This document shows, piece by piece, positions 47,717 to 56,786 of a DNA stretch of 64,000 nt (positions are counted from its first letter, which is position 1; every line of letters begins with the position of its first letter). Position numbers and translations under genes: made by a program. The DNA comes from an uncultured candidate division Zixibacteria bacterium. GTDB taxonomy: Bacteria > Zixibacteria > MSB-5A5 > UBA10806. The notes under the pieces are model-generated. The model did no database searches, had not been told where the DNA came from, and saw only the letters and a program-made list of their open reading frames with translations. The stretch spans positions 32,001-96,000 of the forward strand of contig CAWFQL010000016.1 of assembly GCA_963817915.1 (NCBI GenBank), in the 5' to 3' direction.

Positions 47717-48646
47717 ATGAAGAAAATATGGGTCATTATCATCATTGAGGCGCTAATAATTGGAATATTTGCCATTAATACCCAAGCCTGTTCCGTATGT
47801 CGTTGCGGAGATAATGCTTTTCTATTTTCGGAAAAGGGCTATGCACTGCCAGGCCAATCGCCTGACAGGCATTTTCTTTTCAGCCTCGCAAATATTTACT
47901 CCACGAAATCAAATGCTCTGGCACCCGACGAAGGATCTGGAATTGAACGTCAGAGGGAGACGCGTCCGTCCTTAAGACTCACTTATAATCTTTCCGAACG
48001 ATTATCATTTTCATTCGAGACGCCAATTCAATTCAGGAGAATTGAGACTTCAATGCCTTCAGGAACAAATCGAGAAAACTCTTTTGGCCTTGGTGACGCC
48101 GATTTATCCGCAATTTGGATGACTAATTTGGCAGGCGGAGATGGAACATTCATAAATGGCGGTCTGTCGTTTGATCTGAAAGTCCCTACGGGCCGAAATA
48201 ATTTATCGAGAGATAGCGAACGTCTGGATGAACATCTACAGGCCGGAACCGGCAGTATCGATTGGCAGGCGGGCGTGGCGGTAGCCAAATCGACCTGTTC
48301 AAATCAGATTTTTTCAAGCATATATTATCGTCATAATGGCGAAAATAAATTCGATTATCATTATGGCAACGCAATCATTTTTAATTTGGGGTCGCAATGG
48401 CCATTTACAACCTGGTTCAGCGGCTCAATTCAGGCTAATAACCGCTATGCGAAACGGGACATTGAGAATAGAACGATCGTCGAAAATACCGGTGGCTGGG
48501 TATCTTATTTGACCCCGGGATTGAGATTCAATTTAAATGAAAGCGCCGGGCTTTATGCGGCACTTCAAATTCCTGTTATTCAGAAGCTTTATGGAAGTCA
48601 GACCGAGAAGGCCGTCTTTGCCAGCGGTGTAAGTGTCGGATTTTAG
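47717..48646 (+). CDS. Outer-membrane beta-barrel (MetA-pathway/phenol-degradation transporter-like) with an N-terminal CxxCxC motif
   Basis: Signal peptide ending QA then CSVCRCG; FGLGDADL, LKVPTG, QAGTGSID, YHYGN, NTGG..SYLTPG; C-terminal Phe. Confidence 0.75.
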   Translation: MKKIWVIIIIEALIIGIFAINTQACSVCRCGDNAFLFSEKGYALPGQSPDRHFLFSLANIYSTKSNALAPDEGSGIERQRETRPSLRLTYNLSERLSFSFETPIQFRRIETSMPSGTNRENSFGLGDADLSAIWMTNLAGGDGTFINGGLSFDLKVPTGRNNLSRDSERLDEHLQAGTGSIDWQAGVAVAKSTCSNQIFSSIYYRHNGENKFDYHYGNAIIFNLGSQWPFTTWFSGSIQANNRYAKRDIENRTIVENTGGWVSYLTPGLRFNLNESAGLYAALQIPVIQKLYGSQTEKAVFASGVSVGF

Positions 48647-48865
48647 CATCCTTTTTTCTTAAAACACTGAAATCTCGTTTTTCTCCTAAAACCACTTCAT
48701 CTTATTAGGAATTAATCTTAATAACAGACTGAACAAACGATTTTCGCTTTCAATGTGGAACGTTTTTTGGGGTTGTCGTTTCACTCCAGTATCATAAGTA
48801 CCCAAACTTCAGCGGCTTACGAAAACCCAAAACGAACGTGTTGCTGCTTGTCCGTTATTGCATCA

Positions 48866-48892
48866 TTAATATGATATTTCGCATACCGATAG
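48866..48892 (+). promoter_or_regulatory. Putative sigma28 (FliA)-type promoter of the chemoreceptor
   Basis: TTAA-N15-ACCGATAG, 40 nt upstream of the start codon. Confidence 0.4.
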
Positions 48893-48932
48893 AATTAAGG
48901 ACAATAAATATAATAAGAAGGAGAAAATAGTC

Positions 48933-50960
48933 ATGAATAAGCTATCATTGAAACTCAAGCTGACTCTAATCTTTTTGCTAAGTTTGACAGTTGTTTTCTC
49001 GCTTATGGTCACCATGAATTATTCCAATCAGAGCAAAGACATCTCGGGAATGTACAACGAAAATTCCAAAAATCTGGAATGGCTATTTGATAATCAAATC
49101 AAGCTGATGATGAAGACCGGAAATAACGACCAGCTGCAGACGCTTTTTGATGAAGTAAAAGGCTTGGGCATGGTCAGCGATATATCCATATTGAACGATA
49201 AAAGAATTGTCGCGCGTTCAACCGATAAGGCGGCAATAGGAATGCCAGCGACGGACCCACTATGGGACAAGGTTTATCAAACCGAAAAAAGCCTTTCAGT
49301 CGAATCGAATATTGATGGAAAAGAGATCGTCTCCGAATATCAATTATTAATGAGTGAAAAAGCCTGTACCGATTGCCACGGAGAAAACGAAAAAATTCTC
49401 GGCGGATTGAAAATAGTGACTTCGAAAGAAAAACTGCAATCGGCACTGAAAAGCAATCTGTTTTCCAATATCCTGGTAGCCATATTAGGCGGCCTTATTC
49501 TGGCATCGATAATTTATTATATCTGGGGATCAAAAGTATTCAAGCCGCTTGATGATGTCAGACGCAAACTCGATAAAGCCGTAAAAGGCGATATAAATCA
49601 GAATATCAAACCAAAATCAAAGGATGAAATTGGCCGACTGTTAATCTCGATTCGCGACCTGATAGAATATGTCCGAGGTAAGGCCAAAGCGGCATCGGAA
49701 ATGGCCCGCGGCAATGTTGATGTTGAGATTGAAATAGCTTCCGAAGATGATTCATTAGGCAAGGCCATGAATACAATGAGGAGTTCTATTCAAGGTCTGG
49801 TTCATGAAGGAACTCTGCTCTCGAATGCCGCCGTAAACGGAGATCTAACTGTACGAGGAAAGGTCGATGGTTTCGAAGGCGGGTATCTTGAAATCATAAA
49901 AGGCATGAATCAAACATTTGATAATATGGGGCGACCAATCAATGAGGTTATCCAATGTCTGGCTGAAATGAAAAGCGGAAATCTTACCGCGTATGTCAGC
50001 GGCGATTATAAGGGCGATTTTGCTGAGATTAAAAATGCTCTCAATAGCACGCTGGATTCATTAAATGATATTCTTGGCCAGGTGGCGGCAGCCGCCGATC
50101 AGGTGGCAACCGGATCGCGACAAGTATCTGATGCCAGCCAGTCATTATCACAAGGCGCGACCGAACAAGCCAGTTCGCTTGAAGAAATTACGGCTTCATT
50201 GACGGAGATGACCGAGCAAACCAGGAAGAATGCCAACAATGCCTCCAACGCTAAGAATCTGGCATCATCGGCAAAAGATAACGCCGGTAAGGGCAATCAG
50301 CAGATGCAGGAAATGCTGGCCGCGACCAAAGAGATTAGCGAATCGTCCGCAAAGATTTCCAAAATTATTAAGGTCATCGATGAGATTGCATTCCAAACAA
50401 ACCTTCTTGCCCTTAACGCCGCAGTTGAGGCAGCAAGAGCCGGAGTTCATGGCAAGGGTTTCGCGGTTGTGGCAGATGAAGTAAGGAATCTCGCTCAAAG
50501 AAGCGCCAAGGCTGCCAAGGAAACGACCGAGCTTATTGAAGGTTCGTTGAAGAAGGTGGACAATGGCTCTCGAATTGCCGACGACACTGCCAAGGCATTA
50601 GGAGAAATCGTCGAAGGCGTCACAAGAGCCGCCGAGCTTGTAGCTGAAATCGCCAATGCTTCCAATGAACAGGCCCAGGGTATCGAACAGGTAAGCCAGG
50701 GTATCGGACAGATCGATCAGGTTACTCAATCGAATACCGCGAGCGCGGAAGAAAGCGCATCGGCATCCGAAGAATTATCGGGACAAGCAACCTATTTGAA
50801 AGAGCTTATTGCGAAATTTAAGCTTGCAACCCAAGACAATAACCAGAAAAATACCGAGGAATTTCTTGATAATTTCTCAAAAAACTTAAACCAAAAAAAT
50901 CCTAAAACAAAGGCAGTCCAGGCATTCGCCATGGATAGGAATAGCTTCGACAAATCTTAG
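48933..50960 (+). CDS. Methyl-accepting chemotaxis protein with a periplasmic c-type heme sensor domain
   Basis: TM, periplasmic domain with CTDCH, TM, multiple HAMPs, [38 protein letters not shown] signalling domain. Confidence 0.93.
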   Translation: MNKLSLKLKLTLIFLLSLTVVFSLMVTMNYSNQSKDISGMYNENSKNLEWLFDNQIKLMMKTGNNDQLQTLFDEVKGLGMVSDISILNDKRIVARSTDKAAIGMPATDPLWDKVYQTEKSLSVESNIDGKEIVSEYQLLMSEKACTDCHGENEKILGGLKIVTSKEKLQSALKSNLFSNILVAILGGLILASIIYYIWGSKVFKPLDDVRRKLDKAVKGDINQNIKPKSKDEIGRLLISIRDLIEYVRGKAKAASEMARGNVDVEIEIASEDDSLGKAMNTMRSSIQGLVHEGTLLSNAAVNGDLTVRGKVDGFEGGYLEIIKGMNQTFDNMGRPINEVIQCLAEMKSGNLTAYVSGDYKGDFAEIKNALNSTLDSLNDILGQVAAAADQVATGSRQVSDASQSLSQGATEQASSLEEITASLTEMTEQTRKNANNASNAKNLASSAKDNAGKGNQQMQEMLAATKEISESSAKISKIIKVIDEIAFQTNLLALNAAVEAARAGVHGKGFAVVADEVRNLAQRSAKAAKETTELIEGSLKKVDNGSRIADDTAKALGEIVEGVTRAAELVAEIANASNEQAQGIEQVSQGIGQIDQVTQSNTASAEESASASEELSGQATYLKELIAKFKLATQDNNQKNTEEFLDNFSKNLNQKNPKTKAVQAFAMDRNSFDKS

Positions 50961-50996
50961 TTAATGACTCTGGGTCGATAAAAGAACGCTCAAAAG

Positions 50997-51032
50997 AAAA
51001 CGAGGCTCCGTAAGCATGCGGAGTCTCGTTTT
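50997..51032. terminator. Bidirectional intrinsic terminator between convergent genes
   Basis: AAAACGAGGCTCCG-taagcatg-CGGAGTCTCGTTTT. Confidence 0.75.
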
Positions 51033-51070
51033 GATTTTAGGCAATTCGCGATATTAAATTAGATCAAAGC

Positions 51071-52783
51071 CTAGAACTTATGCGAATAATTTATGTTAGC
51101 GGTATTTTCATTGAATTTACCGCCCGCAGAGCTTTTATCCTTAAATGAAGAATACTTGACGCTGAGTTTGATCGAATCTGAAGTCCTGATCGCATAGGCA
51201 GATTGGGCGGTAATTGAAAAGATACTGGATTGTTTTGAACTTGAAACATCCGAACTCAGAGAGCTGTTCAGCTTCCCCTTCTTCATCCTGTTGTTTATTC
51301 TCATCGAGATAGAATTGTTCGAGTTTTTGGGCTGACCGCTGGTTTCGGTGCTGTTGGTTGCGAAACCCGGCGAAACAGACCATGATGGGTTTATAGTCGT
51401 AGTCAACGCCACTGAAATATTCTGCGATTTGACATCGCTGCCCGCGTTCGCCGCTCGAACAATATTGTTATCCTTGGAGCTTTGAGCGGCGTAATTCAAC
51501 GATAACGCATTAGCAAAATTAAATAGCGAGAATTGGAAGATCGCGCCCGCAGAATATCCCGAATTAAGATTGTCTATTTTTGACGAATCACTGGCGGCGT
51601 CATTTTTCATAGTATTTTGCATGTAATTAAAATTGAATCCGGCAAATTGGACAGGGCGGATATTCAATGTCCCGCCGTAGGTGTAGCGGGTGGTTGTAAA
51701 TAATTTCTGCTTGATCACGTTATCGTTTTGGGTCTGGAAATTACCCTGAATTGAGATTTTGCTCTGGAATAATCGCAAACCGGCCCCTGCTTCGATTAAT
51801 CGTTTGTCATTGATCGTGGAGCTAATCCCAAGAGAAGTGAAACCCGGGCCGACATATGTATAAGCTCCTTTAATATCAAAAATCCTATGATTGAATACAA
51901 GCTCAGAAGTATATGCAACATCAACGTTGGAGGAAATTCGAGGGGTGAAATATTTCTTCAATGACGATGGATACCCTTTGATATCCTGAGGCGTACTGGA
52001 AATATCCCTGGTGTAAGCGGTCGCGGCGGCCTCACCCTTGAATGTTAGCATTTTTCTGAATAAGCGGACTTCCGTATTGGCTCCGGCCACTATGTTTTCC
52101 TTTGCGGTTACTCCGTATTGGCCGGAAGTCGCTGTATCCGCACTGGTGCTATCGCGTTGGAAAATATCTTTGGGCAATGATTTGGCACTGTCTTTTGTTT
52201 GGACGAGATTGATATCAAAAAAGGATGAGCCCGTCTTGCCGATCCCTAATTTGACTCCACCCATATAGCGAGCGTACGCCGAGCCATATGGGCCGGCTTT
52301 TATCGCCCGTTGAGTCTGTCCTCCCACAGCTTGAAATCTGAGAATTCCCGGATTAAGAGTCAATCCCGCGCCGCGAATAGAAATTCCGTTGAGTGTATAT
52401 CGCGAGAAATCCTGGCTGAAATCGCCGAGATTGGCCGAACCCCATCCCCATGATGGATTAAGCGCAAACTGATTGATTTGCTGGCGCGCGGAGCTTCCCT
52501 CGGTAGAAAGGGTGATATCGAATGACATCCCGAATTTACCAAAGAGCGTAATGGTCGGCCTAAAAAACAGCCTTCCTGTCGAACTTGGACGCCGGGCTGG
52601 CCGTCCAGAAATTGAGTAAAGCTCACCGAATGTGCCAATTTCGCCAGACAATCTGAAGATAGGATTTCTCCTCTTGGGAGTTATAGGAGCATTTTCGGAG
52701 GATTGAGCCCAAAGCATGGCATTGGGTAATCCCAAACCCGCTATAAATAGCAGGCACACTGCAAATCTTGATAGTCTTTTCAA
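51071..52783 (-). CDS. Predicted outer-membrane beta-barrel protein of unknown function
   Basis: Signal peptide, alternating amphipathic strands throughout, GDFSQDFSRYTLNGISIRGAG and YVGPGFTSLG motifs, C-terminal NINYSHKF (aromatic BAM-type end); 4-nt overlap with the TPR gene. Confidence 0.72.
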   Translation of the reverse strand: MKRLSRFAVCLLFIAGLGLPNAMLWAQSSENAPITPKRRNPIFRLSGEIGTFGELYSISGRPARRPSSTGRLFFRPTITLFGKFGMSFDITLSTEGSSARQQINQFALNPSWGWGSANLGDFSQDFSRYTLNGISIRGAGLTLNPGILRFQAVGGQTQRAIKAGPYGSAYARYMGGVKLGIGKTGSSFFDINLVQTKDSAKSLPKDIFQRDSTSADTATSGQYGVTAKENIVAGANTEVRLFRKMLTFKGEAAATAYTRDISSTPQDIKGYPSSLKKYFTPRISSNVDVAYTSELVFNHRIFDIKGAYTYVGPGFTSLGISSTINDKRLIEAGAGLRLFQSKISIQGNFQTQNDNVIKQKLFTTTRYTYGGTLNIRPVQFAGFNFNYMQNTMKNDAASDSSKIDNLNSGYSAGAIFQFSLFNFANALSLNYAAQSSKDNNIVRAANAGSDVKSQNISVALTTTINPSWSVSPGFATNSTETSGQPKNSNNSISMRINNRMKKGKLNSSLSSDVSSSKQSSIFSITAQSAYAIRTSDSIKLSVKYSSFKDKSSAGGKFNENTANINYSHKF

Positions 52784-54828
52784 GGGTTTCTCGCTTGATT
52801 ATTTGATTCGATGATTTTTTTCGCTTCTTCCATCTGACCTGTTTTATGTAGAACCTCTATCAGTCTCTGCTGAAGAGTCTTGTTTTCCGGTTGCGCCTGA
52901 TAAAGGATCTTCCACTCCGCGCAGAGTTCATCCAATTTCCCCTGCTTTTGAGAAATCCTGATTATGCCATCGTATCCGTTTTCATTTTCAGGATTCAACG
53001 ATACGAGACGTTGATAACTCGAAATAGCCTCAGGGTAATTTCCTATATTTTCATAGATGTGCGCCATGTTCTCGTGGGCTTGAGCTGTATTTGGATTTAT
53101 AAAGATGATTTTTTTATAGAGCTCCAACGCCTGGTCATATTTTTTCACAAATTCGTAAGATTCTGCCTGATATAATAAAAGGAAAATGCTGGTCGGGTAT
53201 TCATTGATATACTCATCGAGCAGCTTGCTGAAATTTTCGTTCGTATTTTTTCTTTTGAGATAATTTAGACTATTACTTATAAGGTCCTGAAGATCTTTTA
53301 AATTGTCCTGCTCTCCCTTGAGTCGATCCACTTCATTCAGTCTGATATTCCCCTGTGGGTCCGTAATCGCGGCCTGAAGCCGATTCTGGAGAATTCCAAG
53401 TCTGCTTATGCCGAGGTCAAGAGCGTGCCGATATTGTTCCTCAGCCTTGGACACATCGCCCTTACTGCTGGAGATCGACGCCAGCTCTCCCCAGGGAAGC
53501 GGATCGACCGCGGATAACTTCGTGGCGAGATTGAAAAATATTCTGGCTGAATCCATATTCCCTGTGCGCATAAATGCGAGTCCGAGATTATAGGCCGGGT
53601 AAAACATCGTGTCGTTCGCCGCCTGGAATTTTCTGCATAACTGCAGCGAATTCGCATACGACTTCTGTTTTGAGTAAATGCTATTAAGTCTTTTAAAGGC
53701 ATTAAAATTATTGCCATTAATTTGCAAACAGGATTCGAGTTCACTGATGGCCAGCGAATCATTGGATTCACTTAGATAAGTATCCGCAATAGCCAGCCGG
53801 GCATCGAGATTAAGAGAATCCCGTTCGAGTGATTCGCCATAGGTTTTTCGTGCCTCAGCCCAATTATTTTCTTTTTCGTAAGTTTTGGCAATTTCGAATG
53901 TGATGCTATCGTCATAGGGAAACACAAGCGCAAGACGCTGGTAAGCTTCTCTAATTTTATCCTGACGATTAAACAAACTCCAATAATCGATAAGGGCGTC
54001 GTAGACCGGCCGTTCCGAAGGATACTGAGTAATCAATGTGTCATATAACGCCAGGGCTTCGGGAATTCGGTTATAGTATCTATAAAGAAGGGCTATTTGC
54101 AGTGCCAGCTCGATATTACCCGGATCGGATTTACGAGTTTTTTCTAAAATCGGCAGCGCTTTCGCGTAATCCTTCAATCCAAATAACGCTTGTAAATAAC
54201 CTTTTTCTATATCTTTATTTGACGGAAACAATTTTTTGCCGGTTTCGGCCAGGTCTCGGGCTTTTTCGAATTTCTGCAGTTCGATTAGCGATCCAATCGC
54301 GCTTAGGTACGCCGCCTCATTGGAGGAATCCGCCGATATAGCCATATTGAAATTCTCCCAAGCCTCTTTGTAGCGGGAGTCTTTGGCGAATTCAACTCCA
54401 ATATTGAAATATATTCTCGAGAGCAATTTTGAAATATCCTTTTGATTCGGCGCAAGCTTCTCGCATTGTTCTAATACGACCCTGGCTTTGGAATATCTCT
54501 TCTGGTTTCCGTAAAGCTGGCCCAATAGAAACAATATCTGCACGGAATTGGGAATCTGAGTATTGGCTTGTTCCAAAACAACGATTGCCCTGGCATCATC
54601 ATCGATCGCGACATACGATTTCGCGAGATATTCATAGGCCGATGAAGTAGTTGGTGTGGAAGCTATGCAATCTTCCAGTGTCGAAATTGCTTCCTTGTAG
54701 TCTCCTGAATTATATAGCGAAATACCATCGTCAAGGCAGGCCTGAGCGAACGACACTCCGGCCTGAACCATAATTGAAAAAAATAATGAAAATAGAAATA
54801 ATCTATTTCGCACGAATGGCATCTCCAC
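52780..54828 (-). CDS. Secreted/periplasmic tetratricopeptide-repeat protein
   Basis: Signal peptide and many TPR-like 34-aa repeats (AYEYLAKSY, ILFLLGQLY, AYNLGLAF, AHENMAHIY); exact start uncertain. Confidence 0.88.
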   Translation of the reverse strand: MEMPFVRNRLFLFSLFFSIMVQAGVSFAQACLDDGISLYNSGDYKEAISTLEDCIASTPTTSSAYEYLAKSYVAIDDDARAIVVLEQANTQIPNSVQILFLLGQLYGNQKRYSKARVVLEQCEKLAPNQKDISKLLSRIYFNIGVEFAKDSRYKEAWENFNMAISADSSNEAAYLSAIGSLIELQKFEKARDLAETGKKLFPSNKDIEKGYLQALFGLKDYAKALPILEKTRKSDPGNIELALQIALLYRYYNRIPEALALYDTLITQYPSERPVYDALIDYWSLFNRQDKIREAYQRLALVFPYDDSITFEIAKTYEKENNWAEARKTYGESLERDSLNLDARLAIADTYLSESNDSLAISELESCLQINGNNFNAFKRLNSIYSKQKSYANSLQLCRKFQAANDTMFYPAYNLGLAFMRTGNMDSARIFFNLATKLSAVDPLPWGELASISSSKGDVSKAEEQYRHALDLGISRLGILQNRLQAAITDPQGNIRLNEVDRLKGEQDNLKDLQDLISNSLNYLKRKNTNENFSKLLDEYINEYPTSIFLLLYQAESYEFVKKYDQALELYKKIIFINPNTAQAHENMAHIYENIGNYPEAISSYQRLVSLNPENENGYDGIIRISQKQGKLDELCAEWKILYQAQPENKTLQQRLIEVLHKTGQMEEAKKIIESNNQARNP

Positions 54829-56776
54829 GGGTACTCTCGTTTCCGGATGTATCTACAGCGCGTACGCGATAGTAAATTTCTTTGGATCCTTTAGCGTCGA
54901 CAAATTTCAAATCCTTCAGAGGCGCGGAATTCAATTTCGTATAGGTGCCGGAAGGCGTCTTGGCGCTATAAATATTATAACCAGCCAGATCGAAATCAAT
55001 CACCCGTTCCCATGACAATTCAATGCCATTAGTTGTAAACGACGCAGAAGCGTTTCTGGGAGAAGGAGGCGGGCTGTAATCCCGAACCAAGACCGTGTCA
55101 ATTTTTGACGGGCCGCTCTTGTTGCCTGCCGAATCATAGGCAACGGCGTAATATATTTGAGATTTTCCCTTAGTAATCAAAGTATCTTCAAAATCGAATG
55201 GCGCCTTTGAAAAAGTCGCCAATTCCAGCTTTTCGCTTTCGCCGGTTTGTTTGATCAATTTGTATGATACCGCGTCGATTGAGGGGCTTCCGGCACAGGA
55301 TATTTCTACATATCTTCCATCTTTATTCTTGGCAATAAATCCCCTCGGGGGCAATGGCGGATCGTCATCCGGTACGACTATCGTAAGCATTACCTTCTCG
55401 CTTTCATTGCGCGCGCCGTCAACCGCGGTAACGCCAACTATAAAAGTCTTGCCGGGTGTCATTCCAGAACCTTGATAGCCACTATCGACAAAAGCTGTTC
55501 CCTTGAATGGGTCGGGAGTTAGCCTCGGCTGATCCTTTTGGGATTCGCCACGATATATATGATATCCAACTACATCTTTGGCCTTTGCGGGAATCCAGGA
55601 AAGATGCAGGACTCTCTTTTCGATTTTATAAGCGACATTTGTCGGTGGATCAGGCGGAGTCTTATCGATTGGAACGCCGGATTTAGAATTGCATTTTTCG
55701 CTTTCGTTGCCGGATTTATCGAGCGCGGAAATCTTATAAAAATACTGTAGGCCGTTCGTGATGGTCGAATCGAAATATATGGGGGTGCTGGCGGGCACTA
55801 ATGTCCTATTAATCTTGGAATATTCCTTATCAAGCCCCAGAGAACGATAAACATCGTAACCATTGACATCGAGTTCCGGGCTCATATCCCACGATATAGC
55901 CATGAAGCCATCCCCAGGATTTACAGCGAGATTTTTCGGGACGCCTGGAGCTGTTGTATCTTTTGGAGCGATTTTTACAGTATCGGATGGTTCGCTGATT
56001 CGACCGATAGGATCGACCGCCGCCACATAGTAAGAGTAGCTCTGGCCATTCGTCAGCCACAGGTCGACAAATTGACGGGGCGTAGCGTCGTCACGCAAAA
56101 TAGTCTTATCGTTTACTCTTTTGAATTCGCCGGTTCCCTCGTTTCTAAATATGTAAAACTGAATTGCCAGATCATCAAAAGTACCGTTCCATTTTTGATA
56201 ATCCCAGGTAACCGTCGCCTTTGTATCTCCGATCTTGACTTTGACATTTTTAGGGCGATTGGGATTGGTTTCCGATATAGTCACTTGTTTGCTAAGACTA
56301 TCCTTGCCGTTGCCACGGGCATCGACATAAACAATTTTGTATTGATACTCTTTGCCGTTCCGAACCGAACCATCAACGAACCATCGACCGGTAACTGTCG
56401 CCACTTTTGGACTTAATAGCGACATCACCCCGCTGATAAATTCGCTGCCTCTCAATTTTCGCAATACCTCGAATGGATCATCCGATTCGACGGCTTTGGC
56501 GATTGTTTTCCATTCATCGCCAAGTATGGATTTGGCAAGTTCCGGATCGACAACCGGCATAATCGGCGCTTCTTTGGTGAGCTTGACGAAATCATCGTTG
56601 GTCGGAAGCGGCCCCTTACGATAAACATCGAATCCTTGATTGGACGGCGGAGGCACGGTCAGGAATATCGCCAGGGTATCGCCTTTTGCCATTGGAATAA
56701 AATCGCGCTTTTGCTCCGCGCGGGAGATCCCATAAGTCGACAAAGAAATCAGTAAAAATGTAATTATTTTTTTCAT
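54803..56776 (-). CDS. Secreted fibronectin type III repeat protein
   Basis: Start ATG 56776 after GGGAGG; repeats D.TPP.PP...W......GY.[IV]YR...F.D......Y.Y.V.A.D..GNES. Confidence 0.88.
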   Translation of the reverse strand: MKKIITFLLISLSTYGISRAEQKRDFIPMAKGDTLAIFLTVPPPSNQGFDVYRKGPLPTNDDFVKLTKEAPIMPVVDPELAKSILGDEWKTIAKAVESDDPFEVLRKLRGSEFISGVMSLLSPKVATVTGRWFVDGSVRNGKEYQYKIVYVDARGNGKDSLSKQVTISETNPNRPKNVKVKIGDTKATVTWDYQKWNGTFDDLAIQFYIFRNEGTGEFKRVNDKTILRDDATPRQFVDLWLTNGQSYSYYVAAVDPIGRISEPSDTVKIAPKDTTAPGVPKNLAVNPGDGFMAISWDMSPELDVNGYDVYRSLGLDKEYSKINRTLVPASTPIYFDSTITNGLQYFYKISALDKSGNESEKCNSKSGVPIDKTPPDPPTNVAYKIEKRVLHLSWIPAKAKDVVGYHIYRGESQKDQPRLTPDPFKGTAFVDSGYQGSGMTPGKTFIVGVTAVDGARNESEKVMLTIVVPDDDPPLPPRGFIAKNKDGRYVEISCAGSPSIDAVSYKLIKQTGESEKLELATFSKAPFDFEDTLITKGKSQIYYAVAYDSAGNKSGPSKIDTVLVRDYSPPPSPRNASASFTTNGIELSWERVIDFDLAGYNIYSAKTPSGTYTKLNSAPLKDLKFVDAKGSKEIYYRVRAVDTSGNESTRGDAIRAK

Positions 56777-56786
56777 GGCCCCTCCC

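Noticed and set aside
48756..48770. Possible sigma54 promoter TGGAAC-N5-TTGG
   Set aside because: The conserved -12 GC is missing.
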